This document shows, in pieces, positions 13,298 through 26,189 of a DNA stretch of 64,000 bases. The first letter of the stretch is position 1; each line of letters opens with the position of its first letter. The notes under the pieces are model-generated. The model was not told the DNA's origin. It ran no database searches and saw nothing but the letters and a program-made list of their open reading frames with translations. A program made the position numbers and the translations under genes. The stretch lies in contig RHPI01002503.1 of NCBI GenBank assembly GCA_009103225.1, positions 1,125,076 to 1,189,075 of the forward strand. The letters run 5' to 3'. The DNA comes from Chlorokybus atmophyticus. Taxonomy: Eukaryota > Plantae > Mesostigma and Chlorokybus algae.

Positions 13298-13347
13298 CCC
13301 CCCCCCCCCCCCCCCCCCNNNNNNNNNNNNNNNNCCCCCCCCCCCCC
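13298..13347. repeat. Poly-C tract interrupted by a 16-N assembly gap
   Basis: C run 13298-13318, N 13319-13334, C run 13335-13347. Confidence 0.95.
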
Positions 13348-15134
13348 TTGTAATGAGGGTTGCTGTAATAGGGGGGGGATTTCATGGAATACGGTAGGTT
13401 GTAATCAATTTTAAATCAACATTGTAGCGGCGCAAATCATTATAACAACGGTACATATGACATTACGTTGTCGAGCATTAGACAAAATGATCGTGCACAC
13501 AGGTGCATGGCATTGTCGTTTATATGCACACTCCTGACATGCTCTATGCATGCGTCATTGCACACCACATTGTGTGTATAGTAGCATAGTGAGTTGTGCC
13601 GCAGCAATTTTTCTACCACAGCATATGGCTTGTTACCACAACATGTGCAATAATAAAAGACCATATTTGCGTGTTGTTATGCACACGCCCGTTTATGGCT
13701 TACTCAGCATATCTCGTTATCAAACATTCCATATAGATGGCTAAGGCTTTATGATGACTATGCACAATGTCCAACTCGTACGGTACTAGTGCGAAGTTCA
13801 TCCAAGCGTGTACAATAGTCTGGTGGTGACTGCTTAACTAAGTTATGCTGTTGGCTATGCGTGTGTGATCATGTCATGCATTCTACATAGGTGTGCATGG
13901 CATGCGTTGCATGCGATGAATTTCCTCGATTTTCTTTTGCACACCGTGAGTAATCTTGTAACTGTGGACACATAACAAGTTAGCATTGGCTGCAGCTTGT
14001 GCCTTTCGACATCAAGCACTATCGTTGCTCGTGTTTGTCTAACCAATAGGAAGGAGATTGACCTTCAAGTGTCATTTTTGGAAGTTGCAAACCATTGCTT
14101 ACATATACAGTAGTAGTTGGATAGCTAGCGTGTTTAATATAGGCAAAGTCTGTACATGTGCTTACGGTTATGGACTATGTAGTAGTTTCATGCCGCCTGA
14201 CTTGGCCAGATGTTCTACTGCTTGATGGCGTACTTGCGCTTCGTTGCGTTCAGCGACATCGGCATACCGCACAGCGGCTTATTGTATCTCAAGACCGCCG
14301 CATGCCAATTATGATAGATGTGCACAACTATCGAGGGGCTTACCCGACTCTGCGGAGGGCACAACTGCTCCCACGGCTCGCCATCAACGCGCATGCATGT
14401 TTGCGATACATGCTTTGTCCCCCGAACCTAAATGCGTGCTGCCTTCACCTGCAATGCATATGATTGGTATGGCATGCGGGTCTTTGCACTAGTTGATTGC
14501 ATGGAACTGCACCTATGCGAGACGTGTCGCATGTCTGCAGTACATTATGACGCTTACGCCATGCCAACCATGTCTTCCACCAACAACATCCAAAAGGCCA
14601 TTATTAACACGTGCTTCAATAAAACCCTGCACTAGCAACCATATCATTCAACCAATTGTCGCGTGTGCACAACCAGAATGGTACTAGGTGTGTGCCACCC
14701 ATCAACTCCTCTGTTTGCTTTGTATGTGGTACCCTATAGGTTACGCCCGCCTCCATAGCTTTGCAATTTCACAGATATCACTGCACGGACCCTGCGCGAG
14801 AGACAGTTAGCAAACGCACTACACATCAAACTGGTCTGCACCTGCCAGACGCAGAGCATGCTTGGGAGGCAGATTGGGCTCATGCCATTGACCATTGCTA
14901 TTCTGCACATTTTTATATATCTCGGCGAAAGATGCAATTGGCGGCAAGTTCACGCCCGTCAAGCGCGTGCAGAATCAACCTATTAGTGGCGCTCTACATC
15001 AATGCCAGGCAATGTTTCATGCGTCGCGGCTGTGAAAACAGTGCCGAGTCATGCAATACATGACTGTACGCAACCATGGTGCATACACTTATATAAATGT
15101 ACAAATCACGACTACTTACATTTAAAAGCTGCAT

Positions 15135-16599
15135 CGTCGCAAAATGTTTCCCCTGGCGGCCGACTAAATATTGGCAACGGCTGTGCACCTGAGGATACCC
15201 ATTTGGACTGTCGTGGCTTAGTCCACCTGTAATCTCGATACAGGGACTTGAGTATAACGGCCGTCACCATTGGTCGGCGGCCGTGTGCATAAAGGGACTG
15301 ACTCTAACTGATAGGTACCTGTATGTTACCTCTCAGTCACAATAAGGCGACTTTGCTTAAATGACAAGTACCTAACCGTTACCCAACAAATAGGTACCGG
15401 CGACTGTACGTTTATTGAGCGAAATTGTTAGGTATTTAGCAGTACCTTTGAGGTACCAGCCGTTGGTGATGTGTACCTTTGCAGGTACATGTCGGTACCG
15501 CTCAGTCATGATCAGGTGTCACACGTGATGATCGTTGTAAGAATGTGCTTGAATTATTATTAAACAAAAATTTACAACGTAAATTACATTGAGCTACTAC
15601 AATTACAACTACTGGTACTACTACCCTTGTACTAAGCTGGCACTCCTGCACCGCCCGCTCCAGCTACGCCGCCGCTGTTCCTCCTCCGCCGCCGGCGCTG
15701 GAAAACAAGGCGATCAAGGCAATTAAACAAGCGCAGTAAACATACACAACATACACAACATACACACTCACGTGCTGCCGCTTGCCATGTACCGCCGCCG
15801 TTGCCGCGTAGCCTGGTTTGACCTAGCCTGGCCTGGCCTGGCTTGGTAAAGCCTAGCCTGGCCTGGCATGGCCGCCCTAAGACAAGAAGGGTGGTTAGGC
15901 TGCATGCGGTGTTGTACGTAGTGCAACATTGGACATCAACCAAACTTACTACTGTCCGCCGCCGCCATCACCGCCACCGCCGCCGCTGCACAATTATCCT
16001 TAAAGCCATTGAGCATTTGAAACAAATGCCCAACGGTTTCAATTTCAATTCCAGTGTCTATGGTGCAATCGTACCATTAAAATGGTACGACGGCACAAGT
16101 ATACTTTCTCGTGATGAGTACCATATTGGGTACCATGATGGAACTGTTGTACCATTGCTGTACTCGCCGCCATCGCTCATCCCTCTTTGGTGACTTAGTT
16201 GGGACGGAGTGGTCAATTGTTTGCCAGTTAACGTTCGTCGCCGCCGCGGCTCGTGTACGGCCGGCGGCTGGCCGTGGTACAACTTTGACTCACTGGTATC
16301 ATTTGTCGCCATTAGGGGCCTGAACATTCACCTTAACTGTCATAATAGGAAGGTCACCGTTTCGTATGCTGGATGACCGGTGGTCGGCCGTCAACATATG
16401 TTGCGGTCACGTCACCAGTAGGCAACATTCCAGTTTACTGTACGGTAGGCGGTCGGCAATTGATTATTGTCTACAACATGCACCGGCAGTCTTTTTAATC
16501 CCTTTATGGCTCAAGTCGTTAGGTTCGTTATAGTCAGATAGGGTCCGGCACCCGACTGTCCCTCAGTCCCCAGTTAGTCACCGTGTTGAATTTGCGGCA
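15135..16599. mobile_element. Non-autonomous 1,465-bp relative of the Plavaka-type transposon
   Basis: First 113 bp match 30857-30969 with 12 mismatches. Last 44 bp match the right end of the large element (36/44). Termini CGTCGCAAA...TTTGCGGCA are flanked by AT on both sides (putative 2-bp TSD). No transposase coding sequence is recognisable inside. Confidence 0.8.
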
Positions 16600-17121
16600 A
16601 TAAGTCATGACACGATGAACTCCATTCGGAATCATATGCTCACCTTGTGAAAACCCCTTAAAGACGTACACTGCCTGCATAGCGGTGAATGTTAATACAA
16701 TCCAGCGTTTGCAAACATGATTTGTTACAACCTGCACTTGATGCAATTTATTGATGATACAATTACGCGTGAGCCATTGATGATTGTTCCTTGTCGTGTG
16801 GAAGCCACATGCAACCTATAAAAGAATTTTGTGCTTGTGTTAGCACCTGATACAAACATGCGGGCGCCAACCAACACATTAATGCACCTGTCAGTCAAGG
16901 CCGATGGAGGAGTAGTTAAAACATTTCCCCGAAATACGCGCTTTTACCCGCATCGCCAGAGCGCAGGGCGAGTGGCAAACCGCCCGTCCTTTTGTCTTCG
17001 CTCTTAAACCCTATGTCCACACTGTGGCACGCAGTGACCACCTGAAAGGGCGGTGCAACGCCATTGTATCATTGAGCGGCTTCATGGCGCAAACAAAGTG
17101 TCTATAGCAAATGCACGCTCC

Positions 17122-19217
17122 TTAGGGTTGCACACCTGTCTGCAGGCACTTGCTTGGCTTCCGGCACGCATGCAATTGCATTCTTAACACTTTGATGCCA
17201 CCTAAAAGCTGAACCCTGCTGCCACAATAGTCACTTTCGGTAATGGTCATCGCTGCTGGTGGTGGTTGCTTGGCGTCGGCAATAAATACATGCTCTGTCT
17301 GGCATCGAATCAACGTCCAATGTTTACCCATTAAAACATGCGAGAGAAGTTGTTGCCTGTGCCCAGTGGGATAACAGCAATGGGCGGTGCAACCTCAGCC
17401 GTGTTGTCATGTGAAATTGCTGCCTCAGCGGAAAGCAGCAACGACACTGTGCCATAACCACCACACGCCTGTTGCAAATTTTGTTAATGGTTGAAGCTTA
17501 CTGCACATTGTTAATAGCACCGCACATCGTGAAGATAGAGTGAAGAACCAAACCACAATCAGGCGCATGCGTTGCCGCACTGCCACCTCGTCTCCTTCTG
17601 AAGCCAAGCGTTCCATGCGTGTGAGCACAACGCGGCGCAGCGAATCGTCTGGTGTTTTTTGCACCAGGTCAACAACCTGTGTATGAGACACTCAGTTACC
17701 AACCTGATTAACAAACTCAAATCCACTCACTTGATAAGCCGGTAACACGCCTTCAAGTCGTTCGATGAGCTTTAAGCCTTGGCATTCTCCGGATTGCCGG
17801 TTGATGAAAAACAGAATGGGGCACTTTGATTTAAGGGCTTTGACACTGATGTCATCATATGAAGGACATGAAGCGCTGGAGTTTATCAGGTACTCGGGTG
17901 TAGTATACATAAATGGGTCATGCAATGTCGACTGTAAGACGTCGCCGCCGGCCGGTGCATCAGAATTTTTGACCATCCTTCTGCCTGAGGCTGCGCACCT
18001 ATCAACACCATCCCATGGAGAGTGCATAAGCCAGCGCGAGTTCCACGACCCTGCACACATGCATGCATGCACACATGCCGCTTGCAGCACGCACAAAGCA
18101 ACCTATAGCAAGCACGCCGTCAACATACAGCCAACACGTCACACCATGTGCATGTTGAAACCGGTCGCTGACATATTCATTGCAATTACGTAACACTGCT
18201 AACACCAACACGCACCCAAGTGCCATTGAACTTATCAAGGAGGCAGTTGGTGACCATAAGGCACTTGTGACAACTAAGACACTGTCGTTTGTGAAGTACA
18301 TTTTGCAAGGTGGCAGGAGTTTGCGCGACCATATACACTCGCATTGCATGGTTGAAGCTTGTGCGCACCTGTACAGTGCGTTACTGCAGTGCACCGGCAT
18401 CAACAGTTGTAAGTGTCACAAACACACAGAGACAGCAAAGGCACAACAACAAATACGACAACTGACATGCAGCTATCGTACAGTGTATCTTCGTCTACTC
18501 GGACTACATGTGTCGTAACTGCTGCTATCACTGGGGCAGCTTTCTTGAAGCTGGTGCTTTCCTTGCAAGTTGAGCCTGCCGCACTGACAAGCGCCAAGCA
18601 CAGTACAATGCAGTGCAGCTCAAAGCCTACTTGAACCTGATTGCTTACCTAATCACTCTTAACAATTCAGTAACATAAACACGATACAACAGCATTCCAA
18701 GCATGTTTTAGACCACCTGTGCAGGCAGCACGTACAGGGCAGCACTTCACGCGAGCAGCGCAACACAGAACATGCAGCAAGTGCACGCAACCTTTTCCCG
18801 ACTCAGCAAGTCGACCGAAGCACAAGCCGCTTGGTACGATTGCCTCAACACAATGGGCATGCCCTCAATGCCGCCTGTGTCGCCACCCACCCTCCCGCCT
18901 CTTGTGGCCACGTGGCCATGTACGCTTGCAATTACATCTTTCCCGTCAGTGTGATATCAATTGGATTGTAGGGCACATCAAACATCCATCTATGCTTGCT
19001 GCCTAGAATCTCGGTCGAGCTCAGGCCGCTGCAGCAAGCACATCAACCGACTGAGAAAGTCAGCGAACAAATTACGCACCGGACTGCGTACTTTGTCGCT
19101 GCCCAAACCGGCTGTAGTCACTCTTGTGATCGGTGTTGACAACGGGTGCCGGTAACAACGGTTAGCTTGCAAGCCTAGTGGGACGGTTGTCACCGGACAT
19201 CTCAACAACTTGGGCAC
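17122..19217 (-). pseudogene. Disabled diacylglycerol kinase (catalytic-domain N-half only)
   Basis: Motifs PILFFINRQSGECQG, VVDLVQKTP, RLIV|ACGGYGTV (GGDGT Asp replaced by Tyr, 17454-17456) and PPIAVIPLGTGNNFSRMF, followed by in-frame TAA (17331-17333) and a frameshift. No DAGK accessory domain is recognisable. The 5' boundary is uncertain. Confidence 0.72.
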
Positions 19218-19307
19218 AATGGTCGCTCATGTCAATGCGCTGAGAGAGATTGGAGGCAAACTGCGTTGGTGGCGGCGGCGGTGGTGGTGGTGGCCTAGTG
19301 AGGGTGG

Positions 19308-21403
19308 ATGCTGGCGCTGGGTTTGAGGTGCGCAAAACCGGCTTTGGTGTTACGCCACCGCAGCATTCGTTCCTTAACGATGGCTGCTGCTGGCCCAGTG
19401 GCAGCGTCTGTCGCTGGGGAGAAGCGCAAGGTCAGCAAGGTGATTGGAACCCATGACGGCGCTTTCCACTGCGATGAAGCCATGGGCTGCTACATGCTCA
19501 GGCTCACCAATGCATTCCGAGACGCTGACGTCATCCGCACCCGCGACGAGCAGGTGAGTGAGTGCAATGTCTGTCTTCAACTGCATGCAGTGCGCATTGA
19601 CACCCTGTTCGGCATATACAACGTGCATACTGGTCTAGAGATGAAGTCGAAGCTACACAACGCAAGCATGCTGGCTCTGCCATGCATCTCATGGGTGTAG
19701 TTCAATGCTCAAGTGCGCCACATTACATGCTGCAACTAACAGAGACATGCAGAGGATGGCACAAAGCGGTTGACACCGTCATGAATCCCTGGACAGTTTT
19801 AGGGTCTTGTCTGAGCTTGCGTTAGCAGTAGTGGGCCGATGTTGCTTACTTGTTGAACGCACGGGGAGCTTGTTTCTGTTGCTGGTGCCTGACTGCTGTT
19901 ACAACTATTATTCGCAACAGCATTCACTTGCAGTGCCTGCTCTTACAAAACAAGCTGGACTACCAGTGTCACCTTATTGTAACTGGACACATATACACGG
20001 ACACTGCCGCAAATGTGGCTTGTATGGAACACATGAGTGGGTCACAGTTTGTATGCACATCAGATGCTGGCGACATGCGATGCAGTGCTAGATGTGGGCG
20101 GATTATATGACCCCTCGCACAACCGCTTTGATCATCACCAGCGCGAGTTCACTGGCGTGTTCGGCTTCGGCAGTGACATCAAGCTGTCAAGCGCAGGCCT
20201 TGTGTACAAGGTACTGTGCTCATACTTTGCGTGTGTCAAAGCAAATGATTGAATGGTTGCTAACACTACCAACATGTGTTCAGCACTTCGGGAAGGAGAT
20301 CATTGCGAGTCTGTTGGGGCTCACCGCGGACCATCCAGACACACACACTGTCTGGTTGGCAGTCTACAAGCACTTCATGCAGGCAAGTGCAGGACTCTTG
20401 TTGGGTAATTTGAGTGCGAAGTGCATATTGAGTTGTTGTTGATTGTGCGTGCTTGTGTTCAACTTGTGACTATAACACATGCTTATCAAGGTGATTGATT
20501 GCCACTGCAGGCAATTGATGCGGTAGACAATGGCGTTAACCCGTATGACACCAATGAACCCCCAAAGTACACCAACAACACGACCCTCGGCGCACGAGTC
20601 GGCCACCTGAACCCCAGCTGGAATGAAGACCAGTCTCCAGAAGCTCGCTATGCACGATTTCTTAAAGCGATGGCACTGACGGGTGCTGAGTTTGAAGACG
20701 CAGTGAACTACTATGGAAAGGTCAGGCTCATGCTGCTGCTAAGTGTGCCCATCAGGATGACAACTGGTTGGTAGTCATACTGTGCTGTGCTGAACATGTC
20801 ATGGCTATCACAGGGTTGGCTGCCTGCACGAGCGTTTGTAGAAGCAGCACTTAAAGAACGGTCTGCTGTTGACGCAAGTGGGGAGATCATTGTTTTGCAA
20901 ACATCAGCTCCGGTAATCACAGACCTGTTCTTCTTGACATGCTTTGCAGTCAGCTGCTGAACGCCAATGCCAGTCAAGCTGACCAGCTGATGTGTAGTGG
21001 AAGGAACACTTGTATCAAGTGGAAGAAGAGCTTCAGCAACAGGGTGCAATCAAGTACTGTTTATATGAGGTGCGTGCTGCACGACACAGCTATTGTCGTG
21101 CTTGTTACCAACATGAGATGGGTTCACCTACAGTCGCACCATCAACAACACGCCAGCTTCATGTATGGTTGTCATCAGGATGATAAGAAGAACTGGCGGG
21201 TGCAAGCTGTGCCCGTGACAGCCGGAGACTTCAGGTCTCGGAAACCCCTGCCCACAGCATGGCGCGGCTTGAGAGACAACCAGCTGTCTGAGACAGCTGG
21301 CATACCAGACTGCATTTTTGTGCACGCCAGTGGCTTCATCGGCGGCAACAAGACTTACGAGGGCGCATTGCAGATGGCGAAAAAAGCGCTTACTCTAGAC
21401 TAG
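19308..21403 (+). CDS. MYG1: MYG1 (UPF0160) DHH-family exonuclease, probably organelle-targeted; multi-exon
   Basis: IGTHDGAFHCDEA, DVGGLYDPSHNRFDHHQR, KLSSAGLVYK, AIDAVDNGV, WRVQAVP, SRKPLPTAWRGLRD, FVHASGFIGGNKT; stop at 21403. Confidence 0.96.
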
Positions 21404-21510
21404 CCACCAGTTGCTGTGTTTCAGAGCCCATGCAGCTTCAACACGCCACAGCAGCCGGGCTGGACAGGCTATGGAGTTACGAAGATAGCCCGATTCGGGT
21501 ACGAAGCGGC

Positions 21511-21697
21511 GCACAGCATGCACTGTGAAGTGCTGTTACAATGGCAGTCTTGTAAGATGATCCGAGGGGCAATGCGCCATTGGATCATCTTCGGACATAG
21601 TGGTGCACAGCATGCACTGTAAGGTGCTCGTTCAATAACGTCGACAGTCTCGTAAGATGATCCAATCCGAGGGGCGCATTGCCCCTCGGATCAGCTT
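21511..21697. repeat. Tandem duplication (about 94-bp unit) containing an inverted-repeat cassette whose core is flipped in the second copy
   Basis: GCACAGCATGCACTGT at 21511 and 21605. Cassette 1 AAGATGATCC-GAGGGGCAATGCGCCATT-GGATCATCTT (21554-21591); cassette 2 AAGATGATCC-AATCCGAGGGGCGCATTGCCCCTC-GGATCAGCTT (21654-21697). Confidence 0.85.
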
Positions 21698-24085
21698 ACA
21701 TGACTGCCCTCGGCGGTGTTGTCGCCACAGGCTGACTGCAAGTGAGGTTCTATTGCCACTGTGTTTAGCGGCACTTTGCAAGTTTGCAATGGCCCCTGTG
21801 TCCCCTTGGGCACAAAGTCGGCTGTTGAAACGGATTCTATCAATGCAAGGGCTTGGGGATGATGCCTTGAGCACACTGCAGCTGCATGCATGAGTTGTTT
21901 ATCAGCTTTGACGAGTGTAGTTTGCAGCTTTATAGGACCATGTCTGCAATGACAATGCATTTGGAATTTAGCTGTATTACATGCTTACGATCATGGCACA
22001 ATTCATGACTTCTGTTCTTAATCCCATGTTTGTAATGCACGTTTCAATTGTAGAAACTATAACGGCATAACATCCACATTTTGCAACATTGATACGAGTT
22101 TGTACTTTACTACATAATTGCACGATGATGCCAACCTTCAATTTATTCTCAATTGGATGAAAGTTGTATCAATATTAGGAGTCTGATGCTATGTTTAGTA
22201 ATGCGTCAGGATGGTGTAAGATGAACTGAAAAGATAGCATGACGGTAGCATAAAATATCTTGGAATGTATCTCTTGGAATTTCCATTAAAAATGTATCTC
22301 TTGGAGTTTACCATCGATTGAATTATGTAACCGACGAATTTATGCAACCCCTATTTTATACCAAGACTCTATCTTACTGCAAAAGAACGGCTTATGAAAC
22401 AGTAAGACTTCAGTATGGACCAATGTACGTCGCTCCACAGTGTCACCTCTTTGCTCGAAATCTTTGAGTAGGAGACCTTAAAGTGTACAAGACGATTTCT
22501 GCAATGGTTTCCCACTATTTCAAAATAGGAGGACCCTGTAGTTAGGAATCATAATGCTGCTCTACATATGTGAAGCTTGCAAGTGAATTGGGCAATACTG
22601 GAAAGATAGCATTCCCTTCAGCGTGCAATTCTTTGCAGCTGTTAGTGGGAACAGAGGGAAAACATGCGGGGCGGCTTAATAATGGTATCATTACCCATTA
22701 TGAAATTCGCGTTATACCGATAAGCAGCTATTTATCTCGCGCTTCTTTTACCTGCAGCATAAGCCTGCAAGTCGATCCTTACGTGTCTTGCAATGTCTCA
22801 CGAAGGGTGGTTTATGCTAAGCATTGAGACATGTAGCTTGCGTGAACGTCAGTTAGAGTTTAAGTAATTCATATAACAGAAATTGTCATGGCAACATCAC
22901 ATAGCATCACAAAATACCGGATGCGGGATGACATAGCTTGAGTTGCACACTGTCAAATGTAACGAACAACGCCCTCTTTGCAACATAAAAATATATATAT
23001 ATATATGAGCGAATATGAACACTTGATTTGGCCTACCCTGCGCCGCAGCCGTAAAGAGACTATACTTTAAGGGGCTGCGTTTGAAGAACCACAACACACC
23101 ACATCACGCGCCAACATACCAACAAACAAAGATCATGTGAACGAATGTGGCCGAAACTCCACACGAGACGCGCGCAATTATGTCGTCACAACGTGTGTAT
23201 CACCTGCTGATACAAGGCTTTGATGCATTTATCTATACAGGTCTTTTTGCCCTGCTGCATGGTAACGAATGTGTTGTTTACACTAGCCTGAGATGTTCAT
23301 GACATACATGCTTACCTGCATAGCTGTAGCTATTCAATAGCTGCGGGGGACAGGGGTGCCAGTGCCTGAGGTACATTATATTCTTGTATTGATGACGAGG
23401 ACAGCAACCGACAGGCAAATGGGCATGGGAATCCCCACGATGGGAATCCATCAGGCGGGGATGCTTTTGCGCACGAATCGTCAAGCGTAACGCTAGCTGC
23501 GTGCAGCAGCGAATCCAGGCAGCTGCCGGAGGAGCGAGAGAAGTTGCTACAGCCCATGCTACGCCTAGGCCTACGTAGTAGCCAGACAGGCCTAGTTGCA
23601 ACAAATTATGGCGGCCTGCAGCAGAAGCCACTTTGTGGTTTCTACGTCTCGCTGCCGAGAAAGTGTTGTCGTGGCAGCCTAACGCCAGGCCTGTCTCAAC
23701 CAATCGCTGGCCAGCAACCGCTTCCTCGCTCTCATCCCATTCGCCGGCGAACTCCGGCAACTGCGGTTAACGAGGCCTGTGGTCCTCTGCGGGCCTCAAA
23801 CGATGCCACGACTGACGTTTAAACGGCGGATATCCGTAACCTAATAGTGATATCTGTCTTGTTGCAGCCAGCACCAGCAGAGATCTTCAAAGCACAGCAG
23901 CGCGGCCTCGGTTAGAGAGCCGCAGCGGGCGCAAGCCGGTTAAACCTCTAACTTATCCGCGGATCTGCCCCTCAGCGGCGGCGGTGTAGGCATACACCTG
24001 GGCGGTGACGGAGGCTGGCACGTCGGCGTCGGCGGTGTCGTAGCGGACGCCGGGAACGTCGTGTGGGTTGAGGTGCGACGCACTT

Positions 24086-26189
24086 ATGGCAGCGATGGTG
24101 GCTGTGTCGCGGTGTAGTGCTGCCAGCGCTGCCAGGCTAGGAGTGGAGAGGTCGGTGTTTCTGGCAGGCGAGGAGGCGGCAGGCAGGCTGCTCGCTGCCT
24201 CCACAAGGCCAGCTCCGGCGCCACGCAGGGCTATGCCTGCGTCCGCCGCGCTCACAACAGGCCAGCCTCCCACCATTACAAACAGCTCCCTGGTGGCGAC
24301 CGCCGCTTCCAGCCCAAATAAGGAGCAGCTGATCCGGGATCTCATGGCGTCAGGCTCCAGCTCAAGCCGTAAGTTGCCGCATGGTCATGTTAAACATGCC
24401 ATCGTCTGGCCACCGGTTTAGTCGTGACGACACGTTTTAGAGGGCATGGGGTGCGCCGTGCTTATGAAGTCGTTCACATAGGATTTACCACCCAGGAGGT
24501 GTTCGTTGAATCTGTTTCAGATTTGCTGGTAATCTAGAGTGGTTGTCGGATGGAGATCCCGCCAATGTGTAAAATGTTTATTTCAAAAGGTTGTGTGCAT
24601 ACATTCGCAATTGTTGGGTTGTGCTAGTTTGCTGAACACGCTATGCTCATTATGGCAGGTTACATGAAAGAGAGGCCATCCATCGTAGCCGTGGGACTCT
24701 CTGTGCATACAGCTCCTGTGGAGTTGCGAGAGAAGCTCGCTGTCCCAGAGGCTGAGTGGCCTCGGGCCATCGCTGAGATGTGTGCCTACCCTCACATCCA
24801 GGAGGCTGCAGTGCTCTCAACTTGCAACAGAATGGAGGTAGGTGTTCAGACAGTATGCTCTAGCAGGCTGTCGCGTACATAGCATGGGGAGATTGTTTTG
24901 TTCACCTTTTCAAGATGCAGTCGATGCTACATGCATTTGACATCCGCTGCCTCCAGGTGTATGCAGTCGCACTGTCATGGCACAGGGGTGTGCACGAAGT
25001 CATCGACTGGATGTCACAAACAAGCGGTGTACCAGTGGCAGAATTGAGAAAGCACTTGTTCTTGCTTCGGGACCGCGATGCCTCCACACACATCATGCGG
25101 GTGTCTGCTGGACTGGATTCCCTTGTGCTGGGTGAGGGCCAGATTCTTGCCCAGGTCAAGCAGGTGTACACTGTCGGCCAGAATGTCCCTGGGTTTGGCC
25201 GCAATTTGACTGGCCTGTTCAAGCAGGTGAGGGTGTTATACAAGTTGGAGTATGCATGTGCTAGTGTCAATTGCAGCTTGGAACTAGTTGACAAATGCTT
25301 GATTTGTCAATTGCAGGCCCTCACTGCTGGCAAGCGCGTGCGGTCGGAGACTTCGATCTCAGCTGGTGCAGTTTCTGTGTCTTCAGCAGCGGTGGAGCTT
25401 GCAGCTCTTAAGGCTTCAATTACAGGTTCAGTCGTCTCTATCGTCGGGGCCGGCAAGATGTCCCGCCTGCTTGTTAAGCATCTGATCTCCAAGAACTGCA
25501 CGAAGTGCATCTTGCTCAACCGTTCCCGAGAGCGTGCAGACATGCTTGCGGCGGACTTCCCCGACATGGAGGTTGAGTATCGGCCACTCACAGACTTGAT
25601 GCACTGCGTAGAGAACTCGGATATCACCTTCTGGAGCACAGCCTCTGACCAGCCTCTGGTGTCAAAGGCTCACATGACAAATATGGCACAGCGCATGCGA
25701 CATTTTGTAGATATATCAGTCCCGCGAAATGTAGATTCAGATGTTGCAGAGGTTGAGGGCGCGCGAGTGTACAACGTTGATGACCTGAAGGAAGTGGTGG
25801 CGGCAAACAAAGAAGAGAGGAGGCGTAGGGCGCAGGAAGCTGAGGGTCTCATTGCTGAAGAGCTTGCAACCTTTGAAGCTTGGCGCGACTCGCTGGAGAC
25901 AGTCCCCACGATCAAGGCCCTGCGCGCTAAGGCCGAGAGCATTCGCGCGGCAGAGTTGGAGAAGCTTGTTGCCAAGTTGGGTGACAGAGTTGCAGCAAAG
26001 GATCGCAAGGCTGTGGAGGAGTTCAGCAAGGCCTTGATCAACAAGATGCTGCATGGCCCCATGGCCTGCCTGCGCTCGGATGGCAGCGACGCTCGCACTG
26101 TGCACGAGACTCTTATCAACATGCAAGCCTTGGAGAGGATGTTTGATCTGCAACCGACCCCTTTGTCTGCCGAAAGCAGATCCCGATAG
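24086..26189 (+). CDS. HEMA: Glutamyl-tRNA reductase, chloroplast precursor; multi-exon
   Basis: Transit-like start [10 protein letters not shown] at 24086. [82 protein letters not shown]; stop at 26189. Confidence 0.97.

Noticed and set aside
23278-23822. ORFs upstream of HEMA, including a 75-aa MGCSNF... ORF with a myristoylation-like start
   Set aside because: No domain, splice or codon evidence; overlapping ORFs on both strands in a GC-rich promoter-proximal region.
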